Assembly: GCF_032191835.1 (NCBI RefSeq)
Contig: NC_083230.1
Span: 133,114,001-133,178,000 of the forward strand
From: Heteronotia binoei
Lineage: Eukaryota
Length of the DNA: 64,000 nucleotides
Direction of reading: 5' to 3'
The translations under genes were made by a program, and so were the position numbers. Shown piece by piece: positions 35,401 to 46,949 of this stretch. Under the pieces are notes generated by a model, which was not told the DNA's origin, ran no database searches, and saw nothing but the letters and a program-made list of their open reading frames with translations. Within the stretch, counting starts at the first letter, position 1. Every line of letters starts with the position of its first letter.

Positions 35401-38400
35401 CCCGCCACAGACCCCCTCCCCCCCCTCCGGCTCCCCACCCCCCAGCACGCCCTTCTCAGAGATTTCCTCCCCCTCCTGCCCCCAGAGTCCCCCCCCCCAG
35501 ACCTCTCTGCCACCCCCGCCACAGACCCCCTCCCCCCCCTCCGGCTCCCCACCCCCCAGCACGCCCTTCTCAGAGATTTCCTCCCCCTCCTGCCCCCAGA
35601 TCCCCCACACACAGACCTCTCTGCCCCCCAGCCACACACCCCTCTCACCAGCCATCTTGAGCTCCCCCAGCCGGAGGATGTGGGGCCAGTGCTGCAGCAT
35701 CTTGATGAAGAAGGGGTTGGTGACCCCCAGCACAACATTGGGCCTGGGGGTGGAGGAGGGGGAGAGAGAACCCTCAGATGTGAGCCCCTTGCCCCTCCCT
35801 CCCCACAGCAAAGGCCTGGGGGGGCTACGGGGCACTCACGGGGCCTGGGTGCGGGTGGTGTACTCCTTGAACTCGCTGTCGTGGATGGTGAAATAGGGCC
35901 GGTAGTCACAGCAGTACTTCAGCGGAGCCAGGCAGCTGGAGGAGGAGGAGGGCGCATCAGGCACAGAAGTCCAGCTCCCTGGGCAGGGAGGGGCTCTCTG
36001 GGGGGGGCAACCGAGGTGCTCTGAGTGACAGCACAGAGCCAAGCCCTGACTCGGGCCCAGCAGCCTGCCCATTACCTGGTGAGGGCCAAAACCATTTCTG
36101 AGGAGACGGCAGGTGACGGGGCCAGGACCACCAGGGGCTCCGCCAGCAGCATCAGCTCCCACAACATCTGCACGTGGCTCAGCACGGGCTGGAAACACCT
36201 GGGGGGGTGAGGACAGGTCAGCAGAAGCCACATGTGGCTGTTTGCAAAGCCCAGAGAGGCAAGCCCCGCCCTGACTGATGTGAGAGACGCCGTCCAGTAG
36301 CAAAACACACACGGTGCAGGTCCCAACCCTGCCATTTAAGACCCTGAGGGAGAAGATGGTGCGGAAGAGCCTTCTGGGCCTGAGAGCCTTTTTCTGGGGG
36401 GGGGGGGGGCTGTCGCTTGCACTACACTGGTTGGGCCTCAGAGCGCTCCCGGTCCCTGGGCCGCCCTGCAGGGGTTTGGGGGGAGGGGAGGGCAAAGCAC
36501 TCACCTGAAGAGGTCCAGTTCGTGGACGCTGCTGAGGACAAGGGGGGCCGGCGGGAGGTTCTGGACACAAGACAAAGGCAGAGGACGTTCAGCCCCTCCC
36601 CTCCCCCCTGCAAAAGCTTCAGCTGGACATCGGAGTGTGGCCACCTGGGGAAACTGGGGTGGGGGTGGGGCAGCAGGCTGGCAAATCTGGAGGGTCAGTG
36701 CAGCGACACATCCCATCTCCTCAGTTCCAGCCATGGGGCGAGAGCACTTCAAGCTCTCTGAGGGCCACACTTGCCAGCCCAGAGAGAGAGACTGGGGTGA
36801 AGGCGCTCCCATGGCTTCAGCCTGGGTAGGAAGGGGGGTGGCGCTGGGAGGCAACGAGCTTCGCCAGGACAAGAACCTCCACAGTCTGAGGCAGCCAGGA
36901 AGCAATCTTGGGGAAGGCCTGGCCTCTGTGCCCTGAGCTGCTCTCTGGAGGAAGTGGCTGGCCCACACCCTTATATCTTCCCCTTCCCACCTCCAGACTG
37001 ACGGGCTTGTCTGGGCTGGAGCCGGGCTTGTCTGCCCTCGAGGGCACCCGCACCTGCGTGGAGAGAGTGAATGGCATGAGGATACAGAAACACCGGCAGG
37101 ACACACCCTCTCCTCCCCACCCCCGTGGGAAGCCAACGCCCCCCTCCCCGGACACCTGAATGACGACCCCCATCACGGGCAGGTTCAGCATCCGGCCGGG
37201 CACGGGTGGCGGCCACTTGTCAATCTCGCTGCACACTGGGGGGGAAACCAAACCACAAAAGCAGCCTCAGATGCCTTCCCACCCTCAGTGTGGCTCCACA
37301 GCAACCCCCCCCCCCGGCCAGGCCCCCCCTCGGCTTCACAGCAAGAGACACGACTCATTTGGAAAGGAAACTGCTTGTGAAGCCGATCTGGCAGGAAAAA
37401 AAGAGCATGCAACAAAACCCCAAAGGTAAAGCGCAGCAGCAGAGGCGAGACAGACGGCACTCTGGCCCATCATCCGGGACACACCAGCGAAGGCGCGCTT
37501 CAGCCACAAGTCTGGCAGTCCCAGCTGCCGCCAGGCCTTTTGCCCGCGTGGCACTGGCCAAGGAGGGGCTTTCCATCATCAGCCAGCTTGGCTGCTGGAG
37601 AAGGAAAACGATGCCACCACCGGGCAACCACCCCTTCCGTTGCTTCCAGCGGCCTTCTGCCAGCTCCAAGAGCCATGGCGCAGCTGAGCTCTTCTCCTAC
37701 AGGCGAGCAAAGCATTTGTGTACCACTGGGAGGGAGGGCTCCCACCAGCCCCTGCCTAGGAGAAAGGAAGCAACCCCACTCTGCACCATCCCAGCAAGGC
37801 CACGAGGCTCTTGGACACATCCTCACGGCCCCCTCTGCCCCTGGAGAACAGCGCTTCTCTGTCAAGGAAGCATCCCCACCCAGCTCTGGGCAGGTGTAGC
37901 AATGAGCTGCCTCTTGGCGCTTAGGGCCTATTTCTCAGCCGGGACCACCTCCTCACCTGCCTCCAGGCATGGGTCCAGCTTGTCAAAGTACTCCGGAGCA
38001 ATCAGCTGCAGCAGGTGCTGGAAAAGATTCACAAAAGGCAGGCGAGAGACCAGCACCAGGGACTGGAGGAAGAGAGAGAGAGAGAGAGTGAGAGAGAATG
38101 GCAAGAATGTGTGTGGGGGGGGTCGCACTCCAAAGCTCCGCCCACCAGGATGTCCCCTTGCCCAGGTGGTCCTGCAGGGTGGGGGCTGGGCTGCTTTGTT
38201 CCCGTCACCCTCCCAAAGTGGCAGCAGTGGGCGGTCCCTTCTTTGTGAAGCCTCAGGGCTGGTGCTGACAAGAGTGTTTGACCAGCAATGACACAGCTGC
38301 AGGCAGGCCACTCGCTTATAAGCAGATGCCAGCCTGCTCAAAAAGAGTACAAAGACTTCTGATGAAGCAGCAACCAGACTACAGCTAGTCACTAATGGAA

Positions 38401-40510
38401 TGAATGCTGTTGGAAATGCTGTGAATGAGAGTTGTGAAATGTAAAAGTAATTCCATTTTAAAAAATAAAGTAGCCTATATATCACAGTCACAGAATGTTT
38501 TTTGTATTCAGTACGGGAATCATGCTGTGATCCAAATGTATTGCCTTTTGTTCCCTTCAGTGGCAGGTGTGTGTGGTGGTGGTGGGGGGGGGGGGGGCTG
38601 GTGCTGCACTGGCTGGATTTCTAGCCTGCATTTCTTCCCAGGGTGCTCTCAAAATCATCAGCAAGGACGCGTAAGTCGGGTGAGAGTCTGGCTGTTCTGT
38701 GAGAGAAAAGGATCCCTGCGTAGGAGTAGAGCTCTCCGTGGGGCAGGCTAAGAAGAAGCCTCTGGAAGAGCTGCCCCCCCACCACCACCCTACATGCCCA
38801 AAGGGCTTGTTCTCAGTAGTATTCCCAGCGGGGCTGACACACTGGGGCGTCCCCCAGCCAGGGCACCTTCTGCCCCCTTGGGATGAGAGGCCAGCAGGAT
38901 CCAGCCACAGGGAGCACCTCTCCCCCCCCCCCCGCTTCAATCTCCTCCAGGTGAGAGGCCTGCCTGCCAGGGGCCCCTCCCCTCCAAGGGCTCAGGAGGT
39001 GGGGAGGAGGGAGAGGGGGGCAGCCTGGCCCCCCTGGCTGGGCCCTCACCTTCTGGAAGTAGCCTCTCTTGACTGACTGGTCCTTCACTTGCCGGAAATA
39101 CACGTAGCCAAAGTAATGGGCAGGATCCCGCTGTGGGACAGAAGGGGGGGGAGAGGTGGTCCCTGGGTGGAGCTGCTGCTGCTGCTGCTGGCCCGCAGCC
39201 CCTCCCACCTACCTCCCACCAGCACTGCCCCACCCCCACCCCCCTCCCTCTACTGGAGCGCTGCAGTTTCCCCACTGAACCCCCCCCCCAGGCACCTGGT
39301 GGAGTGAGTGGACTTGGGGGGGGGTCACAGAGGGGAGGCTATTCTCCTCTGCCTCCCTCCTCCTCTGGGCCAGGAGTAGGATTGCCAATGGGGGGGGGGG
39401 GGGCAGGATACTAGCCCAAGCAACTGTGCCACAAATACGAAACACTTGATTCAAAATAGAAAAATATCACATTGTTTATGAATGCGTAAGCATCGAAAAA
39501 TTTTTTACAGCAGTTCCAAAGATAATTAAAAATAGAAAGACCCCCCCACACACACACACACACTTCAGGGTCATCAGAAAGCAGAGGGGGGGGGAGAATT
39601 GATCCACAGGTATCAGGGGCTCTGTGGGGGGGGCTGTCTTTTGAGGCAGAAGCACCACATTTTCAGCATAGCATTTGGTACCTCCCCTCAAAACACCCTC
39701 CAGGTTTCAAAAAGACTGGACCAGGAGATCCCGTTCTATGAGCCAACCCATGATTTCCAATGGAGGGAAGGCGTTTCAGAGGTGTGGGGTCGTGATGGCC
39801 ACGACTCGCGTTTGGAGTTCAATCGTGCTTGTCCCTCCCTTGCTCCTGGCTCCACCCCCAAAGTCGACTTGGCCCCCCTAGCCAGGAGCTGCCCTGCTCC
39901 GCCCCGCCCCCCCCCGGGCCTGCCCCCAAGCGCCGGACGGACCTGCAGGGCCGGGGGGGCGTCTCGGCTGCAGCCCTCCTCCTCCTCGCCCCCCCGCCGG
40001 AGGCCCCCCCCGCCCGACTGGCGGAAGCGGAAGCTGAAGTGGGTGTCCCCCAGGCCGCCTGCAGGGAGGAAGAGGCGGAGGGCTGAAGAGGGGGGAGGGG
40101 AAGAGAAGCCCCCCCCCCGCCCCCGCCCCCCACCCACCTGAGTAGGAGTCCGGGAAGGCCAGGTAGCACAGGCTCGTCTTCTGCAGCAGGAGGAGGAAGC
40201 GTCAGCTCAGGGCCCGAGCCCGGAGAGGGGGTGGAAGGAATCCCCCAGCCCAGCCCACCTACCTCCTTCTCGGTCAGCGGGTAGTCCGGGGGGTAGACCA
40301 GCTGCGCCACGGGAAGGCGGAGAGAAAGGGGAAGAGGAGGAGAAGAAGAGGCAGAAAGGCCGACGCAGGCCCCGACGCCCCCCCTCCCCCCGCCTCGCAG
40401 AGCGGCCGCCCCCCCCCCCCACCTACCTCCAGCGCCTGGCCCAGCTCCAGGTCGAAGGTGACGGCGCAGGCACACTCCAGCCAGGCCGACAGCCCCCCCC
40501 GGCCCCCCAT
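26485..40510 (-). CDS. DENND6B: DENN domain-containing protein 6B (Rab14-GEF family), 20 exons, 555 aa if a 1-nt deletion in exon 13 is corrected
   Basis: Exons: 40510-40427, 40301-40263, 40180-40138, 40058-39943, 39130-39050, 38062-37957, 37235-37156, 37053-36991, 36560-36505, 36198-36076, 35935-35840, 35743-35649, 34300-34236, 33580-33516, 33001-32912, 32729-32676, 32448-32339, 28642-28540, 27851-27777, 26607-26485. All introns are GT-AG. Diagnostic B-type residues include [39 protein letters not shown] and [16 protein letters not shown]. The total is 1667 nt, one short of a multiple of 3. Confidence 0.93.
28964..29330. mobile_element. hAT (Charlie-like) MITE interrupted by an assembly gap
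   Basis: Left TIR caggggtggccaaactg at 28964. The right end is not clearly seen. A matching right-end TIR of another copy (cagtttggccacccctg) lies at ~19191-19207. Confidence 0.6.
29123..29279. other. Assembly gap, 157 N, in DENND6B intron 17
   Basis: Run of N. Exon 17 and 18 phases match, so no coding exon needs to lie in the gap. Confidence 0.99.
29706..29987 (+). mobile_element. Monomeric full-length tRNA-derived SINE (Squam3/MIR-like)
   Basis: A box tggtgtagtgc, B box ggtttgattcc, MIR-like core cccacctcacagggtgtttgttgtggg, 3' ggcgggatataaatccaata and a (TTC)n tail. It carries a single copy of the 79-bp segment. Confidence 0.85.
30474..30730. repeat. 29-bp minisatellite (8 full units plus 1 partial) inside a CR1-related repeat spanning ~30370-31330
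   Basis: Unit ggaggcccagggcttcccttgatgggcgc, starting at 30474, 30503, 30532 ... 30706. The flanks continue a repeat also seen unexpanded at 56828-56980. Confidence 0.9.
31546..32205. mobile_element. Non-autonomous hAT (Tip100-like) element, 660 bp, in DENND6B intron 17
   Basis: TIRs taggcttgccaa / ttggcaacccta and a perfect 8-bp TSD CCCCCGGC (31538-31545 and 32206-32213). Confidence 0.88.
34430..35640. repeat. C-rich (+) / G-rich (sense) minisatellite, ~103-118-bp unit, ~11 copies, in DENND6B intron 12
   Basis: The anchor cagcacgcccttctcagag recurs at about 34440, 34543, 34652, 34762, 34877, 34981, 35097, 35215, 35329, 35441 and 35558. Confidence 0.92.
39377..39880. mobile_element. Non-autonomous hAT (Tip100-like) element, 504 bp, in DENND6B intron 4
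   Basis: Same family as 31546-32205, sharing internal blocks such as ggagttcaat..tgcttgtc..cctggctccaccccca. Degenerate TIRs taggattgccaa / ttggccccccta, with a perfect 8-bp TSD GCCAGGAG (39369-39376 and 39881-39888). Confidence 0.85.
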
Positions 40511-40789
40511 CGCCGCCCCACCTGCCGCCCTGCCTGCCCGCGAGGGGGGGGAGCAAGGAGGAGGAGGAGGCGGGGGGCGCACTCTCGGCCCAGGCGGAGC
40601 AGCAGCAGCAGCGCCCCCAGCGGCCGCCCCGCCCCGCCCCTCTCCGCCTCCTGGCAGGGAATCCCGCCCTCTGCGCCCCTCCCCCGCCTCCAGGGCTTCC
40701 CCAGCCCCTTCAATCCCACCTGCCCCCTCACTCCTGCAAGGCCCCGGCCCCCCCCCCCCCGCGAGGACGCACGGAAAGGAAGGGAGACC

Positions 40790-43520
40790 AGAGAATCCAC
40801 CCTCGCTCCTAAGGAAGAAGGGGAAACACGGTGGCCCTGAGGACAGCCCCCGCACCCAGACCAGAGAATCCACCCGGCGTGGCCCCTAGGGAAAAAGGGG
40901 GAAAACCAGTGCCCCTAAGCACAGTCCTCGCCCCCAGACAAGAGAATACACCCTGGGTGGCCCCTTGGGAAAAAGGGGAAAGACCGGTGGCCCTAAGAAG
41001 AGCCTTCGCCCCCAGACCAGAGAATCCACCCTGCACAGCCCCTAGGGAAAAAGGGGGGAAACCGGTGGCCCTAAGGACAGCCCTCGCCCCCAGACCAGAG
41101 AATCCACCCTGTGTGGCCCCTTGGGAAGAAGGGGAAAGACCGGTGGCCCTAAGAACAGCCCTCACCCCCAGACCAGAAAATCCACCCTGCGTGGCCCCTA
41201 GGGAAGAAGGGGAAAGACCAGTGGCCCTAAGGACAGCCCTCACCCCCAGACCAGAGAATCCACCCTGGGTGGCCCCTAGGGAAGAAGGGGGAAAACCAGT
41301 GCCCCTAAGCACAGTCCTCGCCCCCAGACCAGAGAATCCGCCTTGCGTGGCCCCTAAGAAAGAAGGGGAAACACCGGTGGCCCTAAGAAGAGCCTTCGCC
41401 CCCAGACCAGAGAATCCACCCTGCGTGGCCCCTAGGGAAGAAGGGGAAAGACCGGTGACCCTAAGGACAGCCCTCACCCCCAGACCAGAGAATCCACCCT
41501 GGGTGGCCCTAAGGGAAGAAGAGGAAACACAGTGGCCCTAAGGACAGTCCTTGCCCCCACACCAGAGAATCCGCCTTGCGTGGCCCCTAAGAAAGAAGGG
41601 AAAAGACCGGTGACCCTAAGAACAGTTCTTGCCCCCAGACCAGAAGATCCACCCTGCATGGCCCCTAGGGAAGAAGGGGAAAAACCAGTGCCCCTAAGCA
41701 CAGTCCTCGCCCCCAGACCAGAGAATCCGCCTTGCGTGGCCCCTAAGAAAGAAGGGGAAACACCGGTGGCCCTAAGAAGAGCCCTCGCCCCCAGACCAGA
41801 GAATCCACCCTGCGTGGCCCCTAGGGAAGAAGGGGGAAAACCAGTGCCCCTAAGCACAGTCCTCGCCCCCAGACCAGAGAATCCACCTTGCGTGGCCCCT
41901 AAGAAAGAAGGGGAAACACCGGTGGCCCTAAGAAGAGCCCTCGCCCCCAGACCAGAGAATCCACCCTGCGTGGCCCCTAGGGAAGAAGGGGAAAGACCAG
42001 TGCCCCTAAGCACAGTCCTCGCCCCCAGACCAGAGAATCCGCCTTGCGTGGCCCCTAAGAAAGAAGGGGAAACACCGGTGGCCCTAAGAAGAGCCTTCGC
42101 CCCCAGACCAGAGAATCCACCCTGCATGGCCCCTAGGGAAGAAGGGGAAAGACCGGTGACCCTAAGGACAGCCCTCACCCCCAGACCAGAGAATCCACCC
42201 TGGGTGGCCCTAAGGGAAGAAGAGGAAACACAGTGGCCCTAAGGACAGTCCTTGCCCCCACACCAGAGAATCCGCCTTGCGTGGCCCCTAAGAAAGAAGG
42301 GAAAAGACCGGTGACCCTAAGAACAGTTCTTGCCCCCAGACCAGAAGATCCACCCTGCATGGCCCCTAGGGAAGAAGGGGAAAAACCAGTGCCCCTAAGC
42401 ACAGTCCTCGCCCCCAGACCAGAGAATCCGCCTTGCGTGGCCCCTAAGAAAGAAGGGGAAACACCGGTGGCCCTAAGAAGAGCCTTCGCCCCCACACCAG
42501 AGAATCCACCCTGGGTGGCCCCTAGGGAAGAAGGGGAAAGACCAGTGGCCCTAAGGACAGTCCTCGCCCCCAGACCAGAGAATCCACCCTGGGTGGCCCT
42601 AAGGGAAGAAGAGGAAACACAGTGGCCCTAAGGACAGCCCTCACCCCCAGACCAGAGAATCCACCCTGTGTGGCCCCTTGGGAAGAAGGGGAAAGACCGG
42701 TGGCCCTAAGGACAGCCCTCGCCCCCAGACCGGAGAATCCACCCTGGGTGGCCCTAAGGGAAGAAGAGGAAACACAGTGACCCTAAGGACAGCCCTCGCC
42801 CCCAGACCAGAGAATCCACCCTGGGTGGCCCCTAAGAAAGAAGGGAAAAGACCAGTGGCCCTAAGGACAGCCCTCACCCCCAGACCAGAGAATCCACCCT
42901 GGGTGGCCCCTAAGAAAGAAGGGGAAAGACCGGTGACCCTAAGGACAGTCCTTGCCCCCAGACTGGAGAATCCACCCTGCACAGCCCCTAGGGAAAAAGG
43001 GGGGAAACCGGTGGCCCTAAGGACAGCCCTCGCCCCCAGACCAGAGAATCCACCCTGTGTGGCCCCTTGGGAAGAAGGGGAAAGACCGGTGGCCCTAAGA
43101 ACAGCCCTCACCCCCAGACCAGAAAATCCACCCTGCGTGGCCCCTAGGGAAGAAGGGGAAAGACCGGTGACCCTAAGGACAGTCCTTGCCCCCAGACCGG
43201 AGAATCCACCCTGCACAGCCCCTAGGGAAAAAGGGGGGAAACCGGTGGCCCTAAGAACAGCCCTTGCCCCCAGACCAGAAAATCCACCCTGCGTGGCCCC
43301 TAGGGAAGAAGGGGAAAGACCGGTGGCCCTAAAAACAGCCCTCACCCCCAGACCAGAGAATCCACCCTGCGTGGCCCCTAGGGAAGAAGGGGAAAGATCG
43401 GTGGCCATAAGTACAGCCCTCGCCCCCAGACCAGAGAATCCACCCTCTCTCCTAGGGAAGAAGGGGAAAGACCGGTGGCCCTAAGGACAGCCCTCACCCC
43501 TAGACCAGAGAATCCACCCC
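40790..43520. repeat. 78-bp minisatellite, ~35 units, directly upstream of DENND6B
   Basis: Unit gccctcgcccccagaccagagaatccaccctgcgtggcccctagggaagaaggggaaagaccggtggccctaaggaca. This gives a 26-aa periodicity in the ORF track. Occasional 77-bp units occur. Confidence 0.97.
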
Positions 43521-44769
43521 CGCTCGTAGAGAATAAGGGAGACCACCCTTGCCAGAGGGAAGAAGGGAGAGCAGACTGTCCTTACAATTGATTGATGTTG
43601 GAGCCAAAGAACAGAAAGTTTTGAACCATTTCAATTCCCTCTTTGCTCTCTTAGAGGAATCTTCCTATATATGTGGAGACCAGCCCTCTCGTTAACATGG
43701 TCTCTATTATTCCCTATGAGCAAACCTGGATTCTCTGTTGCCAATCAAGTGTTGTCTATAGGCAATTGCTGTCCTTATGTTTAGCCTGCTCTCCATTATT
43801 CCCTATGGGCAAGTGTGGCCTCCATTATTCCTTATGGGCAATCACGTGTTGTCTATGGGTAATCCCTGCCCTTAGTCTTGACAGCATAAGCCCAGAAACC
43901 TCTCCTGCTGCTAGCGGGTGTGTGTGTGTGTGTGTGAGCTGTACCAGACCAGGCAGGTTGTCTGTGTGTGAATCAACAGAGCAGGGGAGCTCCAAATAAT
44001 ACAGTGCTGAGGCATCTCAGGCCTGGACACCTAGAGGAACCCCCACACCCACCCAAGATGGAGAGCGGTTTTACAAACCCTCCCACCACACCTTGCTGTG
44101 TTGTGCATGAGGCTGCCTCGCCCTCATCCCTTTCACATGTCCCAGGATGCAGGGGTCCATTTTAGTGCCCTCTTTTTGAGATCCTGTCATTCTTTTTAGA
44201 TTATCTGTTGTCTTCTTGGTTATATGTTTATAGATCTAGGGGGGCAGCTGTGTTGATCTGAAGCAACAGAATAAGGTAGAGCCCACCAGCACCTTCAAGA
44301 ACAACACAGTCTTATTCAAGGTAGAAGCTTTCCTGTGTACAAGCACACTTCTTGAGGTACAATTAAATGGGAGAAAAGCATTCAAAGTTGTAGACAGGGT
44401 AGAGACCCCCCCCCCCAAGAAGGAGGTAGACATTTGGAGACAAGGCAGGGACAAGAAGCCAAGTGCCAAGTGCACCGGTCAACAGCTCTATGGATCCAAT
44501 TCAGGGAAACCACAGTTGAAGCAATAAATATGTCAAAATAGGAGATATGTGTAAGAGAATCTTTTCTACCTGTGAGAAAGTTAACTTTATGTCTGCCTCC
44601 CCTGAAGAGTGAAGGTGACAATCACTATATGTTGCTCTAGATGCCATGTTCTTCTTAGAGGTGTTGTGTCTGAAAAAATCTATATCTCTATATTGCATTC
44701 TATGACAAAGAGTATCCCATCCTATTATTCAAAAGAGAAGCAAAGAGAGAGAGGAGAGGAAAGGAGGGA

Positions 44770-45110
44770 AAGAGATAGGATGTAGAGTCCTGGGGCTCTT
44801 TAGCTTGGAGAAACGTCGACTGCGGGGTGACATGATAGAGGTTTACAAGATTATGCATGGGATGGAGAAAGTAGAGAAAGAAGTACTTTTCTCCCTTTCT
44901 CACAATACAAGAACTCATGGGCTTTCGATGAAATTGCCGAGTAGTCGGGTTAAAATGGATAAAAGGAAGTCCTTCTTCACCCTAAGGGTGATTAACATGT
45001 GGAATTCACTGCCACAGGAGGAGGAGGCGGCTACAAGCATAGCCAGCTTCAAGAGGGGGTTAGATAAAAATATGGAGCAGAGATCTATCAGTGGCTATTA
45101 GCCACAGTGT
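44770..45110 (+). mobile_element. CR1 LINE 3' fragment (ORF2 C-terminus)
   Basis: Translates to EKRRLRGDMIEVYKIMHG..FFTLRVINMWNSLP..SFKRGLDK, a typical CR1 ORF2 end. Confidence 0.88.
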
Positions 45111-45149
45111 GTATATATATATGTATATGAATATATATAAATTTTTTGG

Positions 45150-46738
45150 CCACTGTGTGACACAGACTGTTGCACTGGATGGGTCATTGGCCTGATCCAA
45201 CAGGGCTTCTGTTATGTTCTTATGTGACAGAGTGTTGGACTGTAGGGGCCATTGGCCTGATCCAACAGAGCTTCTCTTATGTTCTTATGTGACACAGAGT
45301 GCTGGACTGGATGGGCCACTGGCCTGATCCAACAGGGCTTCTGTTATGTTCTTATGTGACACAGAGTGTTGGACTGGAGGGGCCATTGGCCTGATCCAAC
45401 AGGGCTTCTCTTATGTGACACAGAGTGTTGGACTGGAGGGCCATTGGCCTGATCCAACAGGGCTTCTCTTATGTTCTTCTGTGACACAGAGTGTTGGACT
45501 GGATGGGCCACTGGCCTGATCCAACAGGGCTTCTCTTATGTTCTTATGTGACACAGAGTGTTGGAATGGATGGGCCACTGGCCTGATCCAACAGGGCTTC
45601 TCTTATGTTCTTATGTGACACAGAGTGTTGGACTGGATGGGCCACTGGCCTGATCCAACAGGGCTTCTCTTATGTTCTTATGTGACACAGAGTGTTGGAC
45701 TGCAGGGGCCACTGGCCTGATCCAACATGGCTTCTCTTATGTTCTTATGTGACACAGAGTGTTGGAATGGATGGGCCACTGGCCTGATCCAACAGGGCTT
45801 CTCTTATGTTCTTATGTGACACAGAGTGTTGGACTGGAGGGGCCATTGGCCTGATCCAACAGGGCTTCTCTTATGTGACACAGAGTGTTGGACTGGAGGG
45901 CCATTGGCCTGATCCAACAGGGCTTCTCTTATGTTCTTATGTGACACAGAGTGTTGGACTGGATGGGCCACTGGCCTGATCCAACAGGGCTTCTCTTATG
46001 TGACACAGAGTGTTGGAATGGATGGGCCACTGGCCTGATCCAACAGGGCTTCTCTTATGTTCTTATGTGACACAGAGTGTTGGACTGGATGGGCCACTGG
46101 CCTGATCCAACAGGGCTTCTCTTATGTTCTTATGTGACACAGAGTGTTGGACTGGAGGGGCCATTGGCCTGATCCAACAGGGCTTCTCTTATGTTCTTAT
46201 GTGACACAGAGTGTTGGACTGGATGGGCCACTGGCCTGATCCAACAGGGCTTCTCTTATGTTCTTATGTGACACAGAGTGTTGGACTGGAGGGGCCACTG
46301 GCCTGATCCAACAGGGCTTCTCTTATGTTCTTATGTGACACAGAGTGTTGGACTGGATGGGCCACTGGCCTGATCCAACAGGGCTTCTCTTATGTTCTTA
46401 TGTGACACAGAGTGTTGGAATGGATGGGCCACTGGCCTGATCCAACAGGGCTTCTCTTATGTTCTTATGTGACACAGAGTGTTGGACTGGAGGGGCCATT
46501 GGCCTGATCCAACAGGGCTTCTCTTATGTTCTTATGTGACACAGAGTGTTGGACTGGAGGGGCCACTGGCCTGATCCAACAGGGCTTCTCTTATGTTCTT
46601 ATGTGACACAGAGTGTTGGACTGGATGGGCCATTGACCTGATCCAACAGGGCTTCTCAGATGTTCTTATGTGACACAGAGTGTTGGACTGGAGGGGCCAC
46701 TGGCCTGATCCAACAGGGCTTCTCTTATGTTGTTATGT
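45150..46738 (+). repeat. ~67-bp tandem array (~24 units) formed from the CR1 3' UTR/tail
   Basis: Unit gtgacacagagtgttggactggatgggccactggcctgatccaacagggcttctcttatgttcttat (45481 to 45548 is 67 bp), with shorter variants lacking one ttcttatg. It directly follows the CR1 fragment. Confidence 0.93.
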
Positions 46739-46949
46739 TCCTTCCCCCCAAAGTGAGCTGTCTGCAGATACGGTGGGTGGGCACCGGCATCCCTTTCGCG
46801 CCTGCTTTATTCGTGCATTTCTTTCCCTCCCATCCTGCCCCAGAAGCACAGAGTTGGAAGGGTTCCTCCCCCTCTCCTCATGGCCATCTAGTCCAGCCAG
46901 CTCCCTGCAGGATGCCTCTGCCCCCCCCCCGCCCCGTGACAAGAGCCCT

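Noticed and set aside
34242-36024. 472-aa and 479-aa proline-rich, extensin-like ORFs
   Set aside because: They are translations of the C-rich intronic minisatellite on the strand opposite DENND6B.
40809-43484. Long repetitive ORFs on both strands (GATQGGFSGLG.. and RPENPPCVAP..), superficially like FG-repeat or mucin proteins
   Set aside because: A GC-rich 78-bp unit (a multiple of 3) keeps frames open by construction. The frames break at 77-bp units and there are no splice signals linking them to a gene.
44180-44760. AT-richer block that might be a decayed L1 or ERV fragment
   Set aside because: All frames contain stops and no diagnostic motif was recognised. It cannot be called without a database search.
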